A DNA stretch of 64,000 nt from Candidatus Omnitrophota bacterium (lineage in GTDB: Bacteria > Omnitrophota > Gorgyraeia > Gygaellales > Profunditerraquicolaceae), in the NCBI GenBank assembly GCA_003598135.1, contig QZKA01000026.1, positions 11,258 through 75,257 of the forward strand, written 5' to 3'. The stretch's first letter is position 1; every line of letters starts with the position of its first letter. The notes beneath the pieces were generated by a model. It saw nothing but the letters and a program-made list of their open reading frames with translations, did not search any database and was not told the origin of the DNA. A program made the position numbers and the translations under genes. Positions 37,734 through 47,624 of the stretch are shown here, piece by piece.

Positions 37734-37891
37734 AAACCGGCATCAAGCTTATCCTGAAACTTATCGGTTATGGTTTCCTTATCTACTATCTTGTTATCTG
37801 CAGCATCGCTAATTGGACCGGCAAGACTCAATATCTCCGCTTCCCCTGGGGTAACACTCCCATTCGATCATACCAAGACGTAGATCCATGA
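37730..37891 (+). CDS. small membrane protein, 53 aa, ATGA-coupled to both neighbours
   Basis: Hydrophobic segment LILKLIGYGFLIYYLVICSIANW. Confidence 0.35.
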   Translation: MKTGIKLILKLIGYGFLIYYLVICSIANWTGKTQYLRFPWGNTPIRSYQDVDP

Positions 37892-38901
37892 GTTCTCTCT
37901 ACCGCCGCAGTGGTATCTACTGGCTCTCTTACCGTCAATATGGGAAGGGCCATTGTATGAGTCTTGAAACCCGGGATCGGTCTACCGCACTCTATAAAAA
38001 AGCCGAAAAAGACAAAGAGCTGATTGAGGGTAGAAGCGTGATCCCTAAAGCGAATGCCACGTGCGCTCCCCTATTGGAAGAATTTCACAACTACAATCTG
38101 CACCGCAAGACAAAAGACGCCAATTCAGATGATTGCAGCAGGATTAAGAAGTTTCTTTCCTGGGCCGGTATCTCATCGTTTAATCAAATCACTGAACAGC
38201 GACTGCAGGAATACCTTAACCATCGCTTCTCTACAGAAAAAATAGCCCCGCGCACGGCGAATATGATCATCACCAATCTTAAAACTTGGCTCAATTTTTG
38301 CGTTAAGAATAGGAGGATACCGGAAAATCCCCTGGCGCGCATGAAGAAGTTTAAAGAACCGGTTAATCCTAAGCGATTCCTCAGCCGCGAAGAGATCAAC
38401 TCTTTGCTCAAAGAGACTCAAAACGATGAGCATTACTGTAACGGGGACGCTTCACTGTATCCGGTAATTGCGATGGGGATATACGCCGGGTTGCGTAAGC
38501 AAGAAATATTCAGCCTGGACTGGCAGGATATCAATTTCAAACGCGAGGAAATAACGGTCAGGAATAAAGCTAACTTTGCTCCAAAATCGAGGAATTTCAG
38601 GGTTGTGCCATTGCACGAGAATCTCAAGAAGATACTGAAGCCTTTGGTCAAGAATAGCGGCCGGTGCTTCGATGTTACGAATCAACGCAGGATATTCGGC
38701 AGGATTACAAAAAAAGCCAATCTTACAGGGATTGGCTGGCATACCTTGCGACACACCTTTGCTTCTCAGCTTGTCATGGCTGGGGTTGACCTGGCTACCG
38801 TGGCTAAACTGCTGGGCCACTCAAGCATCACCACTACGATGATCTACAGCCACCTTTCTCCGGACCATGTCCGGGGGGCTATAGATAAACTCAGCTTCTA
38901 A
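37888..38901 (+). CDS. int: tyrosine integrase
   Basis: Catalytic R (GLRKQE), HTLRHTFAS (HxxR), MIYSHL (Tyr). Confidence 0.85.
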   Translation: MSSLYRRSGIYWLSYRQYGKGHCMSLETRDRSTALYKKAEKDKELIEGRSVIPKANATCAPLLEEFHNYNLHRKTKDANSDDCSRIKKFLSWAGISSFNQITEQRLQEYLNHRFSTEKIAPRTANMIITNLKTWLNFCVKNRRIPENPLARMKKFKEPVNPKRFLSREEINSLLKETQNDEHYCNGDASLYPVIAMGIYAGLRKQEIFSLDWQDINFKREEITVRNKANFAPKSRNFRVVPLHENLKKILKPLVKNSGRCFDVTNQRRIFGRITKKANLTGIGWHTLRHTFASQLVMAGVDLATVAKLLGHSSITTTMIYSHLSPDHVRGAIDKLSF

Positions 38902-38977
38902 AAATCACTACATTAATCACTACAGTCTTTCTCTAATCTCGTTACATTCCAGTAGGTTAGGTTGGTAATGCTTAAGC

Positions 38978-39015
38978 TTATGAGTCACCTGCTCTACCAC
39001 TGAGCTATGGGCCCC
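38978..39015 (-). pseudogene. tRNA-Met (CAT) 5' fragment; probable prophage attachment junction
   Basis: GGGGCCCATAGCTCAGTGGTAGAGCAGGTGACTCATAA matches elongator tRNA-Met through the anticodon loop, then homology ends; no T-arm. Confidence 0.5.
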
Positions 39016-39217
39016 AAAATCTAGACCTTTACCATCACATAGCGAATCCGCTAATGTATTATAGCGGAGCGCTATGGGCCCTTGACACATTATTATAATA
39101 GCCGCAAACTCGCAAGACCGCGAAATTATGTCAAAATGTAACATTATATGATACTATTTTTAAAGTATTTTGGCAAGACAAAAATTGTTAAAAAATAAAG
39201 AAATAGAGCTGCTCCTC

Positions 39218-39246
39218 TTGAATAAACCGTAACGCTGTGGCATACT
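39218..39246 (+). promoter_or_regulatory. promoter (-35 TTGAAT, 17 bp spacer, -10 CATACT) driving the riboswitch transcript
   Basis: Spacing and hexamers directly upstream of the aptamer. Confidence 0.45.
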
Positions 39247-39249
39247 TTA

Positions 39250-39350
39250 ATTGCCGATAAAAGCAAACTATCCGAAAGGGTAGGACGCAAAGCTACAGGG
39301 CCTAAAGACCGCGCAAGCGGAACATGGTAGCCAGTTGCCGAAGCGAACGC
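39250..39350 (+). ncRNA. cyclic-di-GMP-I (GEMM) riboswitch aptamer
   Basis: GCAAAC-UAUCC-GAAA-GGGUAG-GACGCAAAGC..GGGCCUAAAG..ACCGC-GCAA-GCGG..GGUAGCC matches conserved GEMM-I elements (compare the Vc2 aptamer). Confidence 0.75.
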
Positions 39351-39367
39351 AGGGCCACAAAAAACCC

Positions 39368-39400
39368 GCGCCGACCGCTTTTTATCGGCGTTTTTATTTT
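39368..39400. terminator. bidirectional intrinsic terminator (CGCCGA-N10-TCGGCG, U-tracts on both strands)
   Basis: Hairpin followed by TTTTTATTTT on the plus strand and GGGTTTTTTGTGG on the minus strand. Confidence 0.6.
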
Positions 39401-39438
39401 GTAGGTAGTAAAGAAATTTGGAACGGTGGGCGTGCTGT

Positions 39439-39645
39439 CTAAAAAATCGTCTTCTTGGCTTTCTTATACCACGGACAATCCCAACAATAGGTAAAATCCT
39501 TCGGGCTTTTCGGATGGAAACTGTCACCTAACCAACAGTACCTACCAAGGTCGTTCTTGAAGGCGCGGCATCCCTGCTTTGCCTCTTTCGAACATTGCCA
39601 GAACTCCCAGCAATTTTGGGGTCCTTCTGAATTATCGCGCCTCAT
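39439..39645 (-). CDS. small Cys-rich protein, about 68 aa (start at the Met preceded by SD GGAGGAGGGGGAG)
   Basis: Seven Cys in the CWEFWQC...CRAFKNDLGRYCW...YCWDCPW patterns. Confidence 0.4.
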   Translation of the reverse strand: MRRDNSEGPQNCWEFWQCSKEAKQGCRAFKNDLGRYCWLGDSFHPKSPKDFTYCWDCPWYKKAKKTIF

Positions 39646-39874
39646 CTCCCCCTCCTCCACCTTACCGAGAGATGCGCTCACGCACAAACGCTTCTTCTAG
39701 TATCATCCTACTGCGTTAAAATGATTTGTCAACAAAAATAAAGGTTGTCATAATGCTGGATATTTGCGGGTTTAGGCTGCAAACAAAGCCTGCGGGGTGA
39801 TTTCTGTTTTGCGGCCTAAGAAAACTTAAAGAATAGGAAATTCTTAGTTTTTGAGGAAAAGCCAGAAAGGAATG

Positions 39875-40204
39875 TTATGTGTTCTTGAGGAGATGGTAGC
39901 TTCCCATCAAGTCAGTTTCTTCCAGGTCAATCCCTGCCATATATCTATTACAAATGGTAGATTTTGACCAAACGACCATGCCGCGGGTAAACAGGGGTTC
40001 TTGATGGTGTGGGAAATACAGCCATATACCTACAATCATACGCACAGAGAGTTCTTCGCTTGTTACAAGGCAAAGGCCTTTAGCGCAGACATTGTAAGTC
40101 TCGGCATCGTTGTTGTAATACGAATCTGAGCTGCAATACTTCACCGCGAGCCTTGCTGAGCAACGTTCAAATACCCTCCGGTCTTCAAAACCTAGGTCAT
40201 CCAT
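39875..40204 (-). CDS. PilZ domain (c-di-GMP receptor) protein, 109 aa
   Basis: RRVFER (RxxxR) and a downstream D/NxSxxG-like segment. Confidence 0.45.
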   Translation of the reverse strand: MDDLGFEDRRVFERCSARLAVKYCSSDSYYNNDAETYNVCAKGLCLVTSEELSVRMIVGIWLYFPHHQEPLFTRGMVVWSKSTICNRYMAGIDLEETDLMGSYHLLKNT

Positions 40205-40438
40205 CTCTCTCCTGTATGCCGGTAATAAAAAGACCGCGCTGCCCCCTTTTCCGGCAACCCGGCTATCGAAAACCGCTACATTCGACCCGTAGGCTTTCCG
40301 CTTCTCAAATACACGAGATTTGGCTTTTTCGGTGAAGGATTGCTCCTAATATAATAATAATTAATAATTAACAAAAATCAAGGGGTCAAAGGGGCCTGGA
40401 AGAAAGCGTTTTCACAAGAGAAAACAAAATACCGGGAT

Positions 40439-41971
40439 CTAGAATTCTCTTTCGTGGGTCACGCTCATGTCAAGGAAGGCGCGCAGCCTCCTTGAACGGG
40501 TAGGATGTCTGAGTTTCTTCAATACCTTTGCCTCAATCTGGCGAATTCTTTCTCTAGTGACCTTGAAAATATTGCCGACTTCTTCAAGGGTCCTCGGACA
40601 GCCGTCCTGAATGCCAAAACGAAGCATCAGTATCTTACGTTCCTTATCTGCGAGAGTATTAAGTATACAATCCATCTCTTCCTTAAGCATCGAACGCACC
40701 GCGGTATTTGCAGGAGAGGCTATCTTTTTGTCCTGTATGAAATCCCCGAAATGAGTATCTCCTTCGTCACCTATAGGCATTTGCAGCGATATTGGTTTCT
40801 GCGCAAATTTTAATATTGCCTTGATTTTACCTCTGGAAAGACGCATTTTCTGGGCGATTTCTTCGGGACGCGGCTCGCGGTCATTTTCCTGAAGAAAGAC
40901 CCGGGAGAAGCGTATAATCTTATTGATAGTTTCAGTCATATGTACGGGTATGCGTATAGTCCTTGCCTGATCAGCTATGGCCCTGGTAATCGCTTGCCTT
41001 ATCCACCAAGTAGCATAGGTAGAAAATTTATAGCCGCGCTTATACTCAAACTTTTCCACCGCCCTCATCAGGCCGATATTTCCTTCCTGGATAAGATCTA
41101 AGAAAGAAAGCCCCCGGTTATTATATTTTTTTGCGATGCTGACGACCAATCTTAGGTTTGCCTCGACAAGCCTCTCTTTTGCGTGTTTAAATTTCATATA
41201 GGCATAGCGGACCATTTTCATCTGCTCTTTAATCTTGGCATAGGACCCGCCGATCTCTCGGATTATTTCGCGCCTGCGTCGGATGCGCCTTTTTTTCTGC
41301 TTCTCGATGTTATCAAGCTCCCTTACAAGTTTGTTGAGTTTGCGTACTATCGACTCCACAATGGAGACGGTGAAATTGAATTTAAGCGATAGCGTCAGGC
41401 ACTTCTGTTCATCCTTTGTCTTCTTCAGGCGGTCGGCTATCCTTCTGAACCTATTTAAGACGCTGCGGTGCCCTGTTTGAAGTTCCCCCTTTATCACCTC
41501 TTCTACATTGGTTTTCTCATCGAGAATGTCCTTAACGAACAACAAAATCATGTTTCTGGCAAATTTGGTGACAAGGACTGCCCTCCTGAACTTCTCCTCC
41601 GCTTCTTCGATCTTTTTGGCAAGCAGTATTTCTTCTTCGCGCGAAAGTAAAGGGATAGAGCCCATCTGTTTCAAGTACATTTTGACTGGGTCGTCTAACG
41701 GCAAGAAGCGCTCTTCTCCTTTTAGCTGCTCTTCCAGCACCGTTTCTTCCTTAAGCAGGGTAATATGTTTCTCGAGGTCTAATTCTTGTTCGTTCTCGAC
41801 CAGCTGGATATCTTCGTTTCCGAGTATATCGAAAATTTGGTCGATTTCCTCCGAAGAAGAAACGCTCTCGGGCAGTAAATCGTTTACTTCATCGTAAGTC
41901 AAGAAGCCTTTTTGCTTCCCGAGTGCGATAATTTTTTCTACATCGTCTTTAGTATATACTCTCTTCTTCAT
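40439..41971 (-). CDS. rpoD: RNA polymerase sigma-70 factor RpoD
   Basis: Regions 2 to 4 conserved ([41 protein letters not shown]). Confidence 0.9.
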   Translation of the reverse strand: MKKRVYTKDDVEKIIALGKQKGFLTYDEVNDLLPESVSSSEEIDQIFDILGNEDIQLVENEQELDLEKHITLLKEETVLEEQLKGEERFLPLDDPVKMYLKQMGSIPLLSREEEILLAKKIEEAEEKFRRAVLVTKFARNMILLFVKDILDEKTNVEEVIKGELQTGHRSVLNRFRRIADRLKKTKDEQKCLTLSLKFNFTVSIVESIVRKLNKLVRELDNIEKQKKRRIRRRREIIREIGGSYAKIKEQMKMVRYAYMKFKHAKERLVEANLRLVVSIAKKYNNRGLSFLDLIQEGNIGLMRAVEKFEYKRGYKFSTYATWWIRQAITRAIADQARTIRIPVHMTETINKIIRFSRVFLQENDREPRPEEIAQKMRLSRGKIKAILKFAQKPISLQMPIGDEGDTHFGDFIQDKKIASPANTAVRSMLKEEMDCILNTLADKERKILMLRFGIQDGCPRTLEEVGNIFKVTRERIRQIEAKVLKKLRHPTRSRRLRAFLDMSVTHEREF

Positions 41972-43743
41972 CCGGTCCCTCGCCTTGTTTTTATTAAAGT
42001 ATCGAATTCGGCTATTAATTTATGCAATCGTTCTTCGTCGCCTTTTTCTTGGGCAGCCTTTATCTCTTCTTGTAGGCACTGCCGCTTAAATGTCAATTTC
42101 TTGGCCTTAAGTCTTTGGACGCAGTCTGCAAGGATTTTTTCCCTGTTCTCGATGTTAATGTCGGGTAGAAATGTGGATTCGCACAAAAGCCGTGTCGCCT
42201 CAGCATCCCCAAGATGGGTAAGCAGCTTGGAAGGCTCGATGCCTTTGCCCTGAGCGATACAATCAAACATGAGAGTGACAATTTTAGCAGTTCGTTCATC
42301 CAAAAAATCATCCGGCTCAAGTTTATCTTTTAATTCGGCAATGATTGCGTCTTCTTCCAGCATAAGCTTGATTAAGAATTGCTCGACGGAATGTATGGAT
42401 TTTTGCGCAACCACAGCAGGCGATGCAGCAAGCCCGCGTTCTTTTCCTCCTGTGTGAAAAAGCTTCGCCTCCTGAAGGAGCGCCTCCTCTTTCACCTTAA
42501 GCTCCTGTGCCAACTTCTTAAAGTATTCCGATTTTACTACTGGCCTTCTGAATTTCTGTATTGTAGACAGCATCTCCGAACAAATCTTTTCTTTCCCTTC
42601 GATTTCTTTGGCGTCATAACGCGATTTCAAAACTGACATCTTATAATCAAAGAGGGGCTGCGCTTTGAGTATAAGTGCCCTAAAACATTCTATGCCGTTT
42701 TTCCTAATAAATAAATCTGGGTCCTGCCCTTCAGGCAAAGATACTACCCGCACCTGCATATCTTCTTCGATAAAAATATCCAGTGCCCTTATGGTGGCGA
42801 TCTGCCCTGAAGCATCTCCATCATACACCATTACCACGTTATGCGTATATCGCTTGATGAGACGGGCCTGTTCTGCAGTCAAAGCAGTTCCGGAAGAGGC
42901 AACAACGTTACGGACCCCCTGTTGGAACGCGGAAATAAAATCAAGGTAGCCCTCGACCACAACCGCTGCATCTAAGTCCCTGATCACATCCTTTGATAAC
43001 CAAAGGCCATAAAGATTTTTTCCTTTTATGTACAACGGCGTTTCGGGAGAATTGATATATTTGGGAAGGGTCTTATCGAGCACCCTCGCCCCAAACCCGA
43101 TCACCCTTGCCTTGACGTCGAGAATAGGAAAGATAATGCGATTACGAAATCTATCATAATATCCGCCGCCTTCCTTGGGCACTACAAGCCCTGCCTTCTC
43201 CATCAAGGAAAGATTTATCCCTTTACTTCTTAAGTGGTTGATCAACGCATCCCATTTCTCTACCGCAAAACCCATCCTGAAGGCTTTGATTGCTTCTTGA
43301 GGTATGCCCCTTTTCAAAAGATATTCTCTTGCCTGTGTACCGCAAGGAACACTGAGGTTATTTTCGTAGAAACTCGCCGCCGTCTCGCATGCCTTCTGCA
43401 GTTGAGCGTTAATCCCCGAAGATTCCTTCGTGTCATACGAAAGGCTTTCCGGAATAACGACTCCCGCTTTTTTCGCTAAAATCTCTACAGCCTCGGGAAA
43501 CTCTATTCTCTCAAACTGCATAAGGAAGTTAAATACGTTCCCTCCGGCGCCACAACCGAAGCAGTGATATATCTGTTTATCGGTAGACACCATAAATGAT
43601 GGTGTTTTCTCCTGATGAAACGGACATAGCGCCCTGAAATTCCTTCCTGCGCGCTTCAACGGTATGAATTCGGAAACAACCTCAACAATATTCACCCGGC
43701 TTAAAACAGTTTCGACTATGTGATCGGGTATTCTTCCCTTCAT
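41968..43743 (-). CDS. dnaG: DNA primase
   Basis: Zinc finger [11 protein letters not shown]...CFGCG; TOPRIM region. Confidence 0.85.
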   Translation of the reverse strand: MKGRIPDHIVETVLSRVNIVEVVSEFIPLKRAGRNFRALCPFHQEKTPSFMVSTDKQIYHCFGCGAGGNVFNFLMQFERIEFPEAVEILAKKAGVVIPESLSYDTKESSGINAQLQKACETAASFYENNLSVPCGTQAREYLLKRGIPQEAIKAFRMGFAVEKWDALINHLRSKGINLSLMEKAGLVVPKEGGGYYDRFRNRIIFPILDVKARVIGFGARVLDKTLPKYINSPETPLYIKGKNLYGLWLSKDVIRDLDAAVVVEGYLDFISAFQQGVRNVVASSGTALTAEQARLIKRYTHNVVMVYDGDASGQIATIRALDIFIEEDMQVRVVSLPEGQDPDLFIRKNGIECFRALILKAQPLFDYKMSVLKSRYDAKEIEGKEKICSEMLSTIQKFRRPVVKSEYFKKLAQELKVKEEALLQEAKLFHTGGKERGLAASPAVVAQKSIHSVEQFLIKLMLEEDAIIAELKDKLEPDDFLDERTAKIVTLMFDCIAQGKGIEPSKLLTHLGDAEATRLLCESTFLPDINIENREKILADCVQRLKAKKLTFKRQCLQEEIKAAQEKGDEERLHKLIAEFDTLIKTRRGTG

Positions 43744-43744
43744 T

Positions 43745-44617
43745 CTATTTCCTTTTAAATCGCCGAAAACCGGAACAGCTAATCACCGTCAGCGAATGCC
43801 GCTTTTCCACCTTATCTAAAAGCAGATTGAGCCCGAGCGTATCAGAAGAAACATGGCCTGCAATGACCACGCTCAGGCCAGAATCCTTGACCTTCTTAAA
43901 ATGCTCCTCGCTTAAGTGCATCGCCACTATTGTGCGCGCCCCAGCTTTATAGAGCGGTTCGTAAACGCCCTGTGGGCCTTCGGTTCCTCCGGTCATCTCA
44001 AGGAAAACCTCTCCTACGGGACGATGAGGATTACCTATGATAATACGTGGCCCCATAGATTCCTTCTCAGCAAGTTGATATTCTGGTTCTTCAAGTAAAA
44101 TCGTAATGATGTCCTTGACGGTTCTTGGTTTTTTCTTATCCAAGAGCCCTTTAAGAAAATAGGCTGCGTGATTGTCCGCCGGCGTATGCACACACATAAA
44201 AGGAAGTTTAAGCAGCCTTGCGGCATCCACTGCCCGCATATGATTTGCAGGAGCAAGCCTGCGCTCGACTTCCCGCATTCGTTCATCCAAAAGCCCTTTT
44301 GCTACCCTTAAAGAGACACCGGCATTCTTTAAAAGATCAACCTGCAGCCTCATTACGTTGAAAAGGCTGGCATATGCGGTCCCCTCGGGATGGTGCGACA
44401 GGGCCAAATCAAGCCCCTCTCGGCTCCTAATCGCATCAGCTAAAAGAAGCTCGGAAACCTCAATATCGATACCTACCAGCAATTTCGACACCGCGGTATC
44501 CGGCCTCCCGTAAAGGATGCCGCTATCGGCATAAGAAGCAATCTTTGATTTCTTGCTTCTCGGGTCGCATTCCTTGCCGAATCGTACAACCAGATTATAG
44601 AACTCGGATAATTTCAT
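43745..44617 (-). CDS. Nif3-like dinuclear metal centre protein
   Basis: Family-level similarity, size, context after dnaG. Confidence 0.5.
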   Translation of the reverse strand: MKLSEFYNLVVRFGKECDPRSKKSKIASYADSGILYGRPDTAVSKLLVGIDIEVSELLLADAIRSREGLDLALSHHPEGTAYASLFNVMRLQVDLLKNAGVSLRVAKGLLDERMREVERRLAPANHMRAVDAARLLKLPFMCVHTPADNHAAYFLKGLLDKKKPRTVKDIITILLEEPEYQLAEKESMGPRIIIGNPHRPVGEVFLEMTGGTEGPQGVYEPLYKAGARTIVAMHLSEEHFKKVKDSGLSVVIAGHVSSDTLGLNLLLDKVEKRHSLTVISCSGFRRFKRK

Positions 44618-45192
44618 GAATTAATACTATCCTGGACTTCCTGGATAGTTTCATTGAACCTTTCGCCTGTCATGAATTTTGACATCACGTGACGCCACAG
44701 CCAGCTGTACGTGGAAGGCGCTACCTTAACAAAAGAACTCCCAGAAAGGGAACTGAGGGCGCTATTTCTTAAGTAGCTGATCGAAGAGATTACTAGCATG
44801 AAAACAATGAGCCCAGACAAAAGGATAGACCTAAGGAACCCTAACGTTATGCCTCCTATCTTATTCACGCGAGGCACCGCCTCCATTTTGATGAACCGGG
44901 CGAAGACCGAACGAAACACAAAGAAGAAAAGGTCCGCGCTCACCACAATAAAAACAAAAAAGATAAAATCAAGGAAATCCAGAGGCGCGACTTTAAGATC
45001 GAAGCGGTCTCTGAAAAAATCAGATACAGGGGTGTAATAGTGAAGAGAGAAATATATCGCACACACAGTTCCCAGAAACCTAAACAATTCGTGCGGGAAG
45101 CCGTTTTTTAAAGCGATGTAACAGGTTCTGGCAAAGATAATTAAAATAACAATATCGACCCAATTTATCCGTGCAAATGCCTCAAGTATCAT
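44614..45192 (-). CDS. cvpA: CvpA family membrane protein
   Basis: N-terminal NWVDIVILIIF motif; multiple TM segments. Confidence 0.55.
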   Translation of the reverse strand: MILEAFARINWVDIVILIIFARTCYIALKNGFPHELFRFLGTVCAIYFSLHYYTPVSDFFRDRFDLKVAPLDFLDFIFFVFIVVSADLFFFVFRSVFARFIKMEAVPRVNKIGGITLGFLRSILLSGLIVFMLVISSISYLRNSALSSLSGSSFVKVAPSTYSWLWRHVMSKFMTGERFNETIQEVQDSINS

Positions 45193-45262
45193 AAGATAAT
45201 AAAAATTTTTACAAGTATATCATATAAAAAGCGGTTTGTCAAGAAAGCGCTTTCTTTACCTA

Positions 45263-45298
45263 TATAAAAGAGAAGGGGCGAAGTTTCCCTCGCCCCTG
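45263..45298 (-). terminator. intrinsic terminator downstream of groEL
   Basis: AGGGGCGA-N8-TCGCCCCT followed by a T-rich run on the minus strand. Confidence 0.55.
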
Positions 45299-45330
45299 CA
45301 AACAGTTACGTAAAACCCTTCAAAAACTGT

Positions 45331-46968
45331 TTAATACATTCCTCCCATTCCTCCCATCCCGCCTCCTGGCGGCATAGGCGGCATTTTTTCGTCCTTTTCA
45401 GGCTTATCCGTGATGAGCGCCTCAGTAGTAAGCAGAAGCGCAGCAATGCTGGCTGCATTCTGTAAAGCGCTACGGGTAACCTTAGTGGGGTCAATCACAC
45501 CCGCCTGTATCATATCCACATACGCATCCTGGGATACATCGTAGCCTATGTTAGTCTTCTCCTGCTTTACTCGCTGTACCACTACGGAACCCTCGAGCCC
45601 GGCATTCCCTGCAATCTGGCGAATCGGCTCTTCCAGCGACCTTTTAATTATATCGACACCGATCTTTTCATCGCCTTCTATTTTTAGTTTCTCAAGTGAA
45701 GCAATGGCACGAAGGAGAGCAACGCCGCCTCCGGGAATAATCCCCTCTTCTGCGGCTGCGCGTGTTGCATGAAGCGCATCTTCTACCCGGGCTTTCTTTT
45801 CTTTCATTTCGGTTTCTGTTGCTGCGCCCACATTGATAACCGCAACTCCTCCGGCCAATTTGGCCAGCCTTTCCTGGAGCTTCTCTTTATCGTAGTCGGA
45901 ATCGCTGGTTTCAACCTGTTTTTTGATCTGGGCAATCCGTGCGTTAATCGCCTGGGTCTTACCTGCGCCTTCAACAATCGTAGTATTTTCCTTATCTATC
46001 TTTACCCGCTTTGCCCGGCCGAGATCCTCAGTATCCACATTCTCAAGTTTGATGCCAAGGTCTTCGGTAATGGCTTTTCCACCGGTCAGTACCGCGATAT
46101 CCTCAAGCATGGCCTTACGCCTATCTCCGTATCCAGGAGCTTTCACTGCGCACGCAACAAAAGTCCCGCGGATCTTATTCACCACCAGCGTGGCTAAGGC
46201 CTCTCCTTCAACTTCTTCTGCAATGATAAGCAGGGGCTTTCCTGCACGAGCTATCTTCTCCAGAAGCGGAAGAATATCTTTAATTGCAGATATCTTTTTC
46301 TCATAGATGAGAATATAAGGATCTTCGAGCACTACTTCCATTCTTTCAGCATCAGTGACAAAATATGGCGAAAGGTATCCTTGGTCAAATTGCATCCCCT
46401 CCACAACCTCTTTTGTCGTTGCGGTAGATTTTGCCTCTTCAACGGTAATAACGCCGTCTTTACCGACGCTATCCATGGCTTCCGCAATAAGATCGCCGAT
46501 AGCGGCATCACAGTTGGCAGCTATTGAAGCAACCTGCGCAAATTCTTTCTTCTCTTTGATTGGAGTAGAAAGTTTTTTGAGTTCTTCAATTACCTTTTCT
46601 ACCGCCTTTTCGATTCCCCGCTTTAACGCCATGGGATTTGCTCCTGCAGTCACGTTCTTAAGGCCTTCCCGATAAATAGCCTCGGCCAAGATCGTCGCGG
46701 TAGTAGTCCCGTCGCCAGCAATATCCGAAGTCTTTTCAGCGACTTCCTTCACCATTTGGGCGCCCATATTCTCAAAAGGATCCTCTAGGTCTATTTCTTT
46801 TGCAACGGTTACACCGTCCTTGGTAATGGTTGGCGAACCAAACTTTTTGTCAATTACAACATTTCGGCCTTTAGGGCCAAGGGTCACCTTGACCGCAGCT
46901 GCCAATTGCTCTACGCCGCTTAAGATCTTTCTGCGGCCTTCATCCCTGAACAATAACTGTTTTGCCAT
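45331..46968 (-). CDS. groEL: chaperonin GroEL
   Basis: Full-length Cpn60 with a C-terminal GGM repeat. Confidence 0.95.
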   Translation of the reverse strand: MAKQLLFRDEGRRKILSGVEQLAAAVKVTLGPKGRNVVIDKKFGSPTITKDGVTVAKEIDLEDPFENMGAQMVKEVAEKTSDIAGDGTTTATILAEAIYREGLKNVTAGANPMALKRGIEKAVEKVIEELKKLSTPIKEKKEFAQVASIAANCDAAIGDLIAEAMDSVGKDGVITVEEAKSTATTKEVVEGMQFDQGYLSPYFVTDAERMEVVLEDPYILIYEKKISAIKDILPLLEKIARAGKPLLIIAEEVEGEALATLVVNKIRGTFVACAVKAPGYGDRRKAMLEDIAVLTGGKAITEDLGIKLENVDTEDLGRAKRVKIDKENTTIVEGAGKTQAINARIAQIKKQVETSDSDYDKEKLQERLAKLAGGVAVINVGAATETEMKEKKARVEDALHATRAAAEEGIIPGGGVALLRAIASLEKLKIEGDEKIGVDIIKRSLEEPIRQIAGNAGLEGSVVVQRVKQEKTNIGYDVSQDAYVDMIQAGVIDPTKVTRSALQNAASIAALLLTTEALITDKPEKDEKMPPMPPGGGMGGMGGMY

Positions 46969-46982
46969 GACTCCTCCTCTAA

Positions 46983-47273
46983 TTATTTTATAATTGCCAG
47001 GATATCCTCTTCCCTGACGATTAAAAGCTCTTCTCCATCTTTAGTGGTAAATTCATTGCCGGAATACTTACCGTACAATACCTTATCACCTGCTTTTACT
47101 TCCAGCGGTTGTAGGGTGCCGTTTTCCAGAATTTTTCCTTTTCCTACGGCAATCACTTCTCCCTGCTGGGGCTTCTCTTTGGCGGTATCAGGCAAAACAA
47201 TACCACCCTTGGTTTTATTCTCGGCTTCGAGCGGCTTTACCAGTACGCGATCACCAAGCGGATGGATCTTCAT
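46983..47273 (-). CDS. groES: co-chaperonin GroES
   Basis: Cpn10 sequence immediately upstream of groEL. Confidence 0.9.
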   Translation of the reverse strand: MKIHPLGDRVLVKPLEAENKTKGGIVLPDTAKEKPQQGEVIAVGKGKILENGTLQPLEVKAGDKVLYGKYSGNEFTTKDGEELLIVREEDILAIIK

Positions 47274-47314
47274 TACTACACCTCCTTTAATTGTTTTGAT
47301 AGGTTATGTTGATT

Positions 47315-47341
47315 TTGGCACTCAAAATCATAGAGTGCTAA
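47315..47341. promoter_or_regulatory. CIRCE element (HrcA operator) TTGGCACTC-N9-GAGTGCTAA
   Basis: One mismatch to the consensus TTAGCACTC-N9-GAGTGCTAA; overlaps the groES -10. Confidence 0.75.
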
Positions 47342-47369
47342 TTTAAAACATTTTTTACGTATTGTCAAG
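47340..47369 (-). promoter_or_regulatory. groESL sigma70 promoter (-35 TTGACA, 17 bp spacer, -10 TAAATT)
   Basis: Hexamers and spacing read on the minus strand. Confidence 0.55.
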
Positions 47370-47384
47370 TATTTTTTTTAAAAT

Positions 47385-47624
47385 TTATTTTTCCTGGTCA
47401 ATCAAGGCAAGGACATCCGCAATATTCACTAAATCGCCCTCGCGGAAAAATATCTCAGCCAACACACCAGAGGCAGGGCTAGGTAAGTTAAACGCAGCTT
47501 TATCCGTAGTGAGCTCAACCAGATCATCTTTCTCACTAACCCTGTCCCCTGCTTTAAAAAACCAGTAAGAAACAGTTGCGCTCTTAATACCTTCGCCTAA
47601 CTCCGGCAAAATAACCTTCGTCAT
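47385..47624 (-). CDS. standalone lipoyl/biotinyl attachment domain protein, 79 aa
   Basis: ELTTDKA lipoyl-lysine motif. Confidence 0.6.
   Translation of the reverse strand: MTKVILPELGEGIKSATVSYWFFKAGDRVSEKDDLVELTTDKAAFNLPSPASGVLAEIFFREGDLVNIADVLALIDQEK

Noticed and set aside
39071-39081. Second copy of GGGCCCATAGC upstream of the tRNA fragment as a possible second att core
   Set aside because: It is too close (55 bp) to flank an element. It is more likely a leader or promoter-region remnant. Noted under the att finding but not called as a feature.
25336-39143. Shared 13-mer TATGTCAAAATGT at 25335 and 39130, and the recurring TTGTCAAG motif
   Set aside because: The expected number of chance 13-mer matches in 64 kb is well above one. 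The TGTCAA core is simply the reverse of the -35 hexamer TTGACA used by minus-strand promoters.
39144-39527. 127-aa minus-strand ORF
   Set aside because: It is antisense to the GEMM riboswitch and terminator, and Arg-rich, as expected from translating structured RNA.
41183-42636. Several plus-strand ORFs opposite rpoD and dnaG
   Set aside because: They are antisense to highly confident conserved genes.
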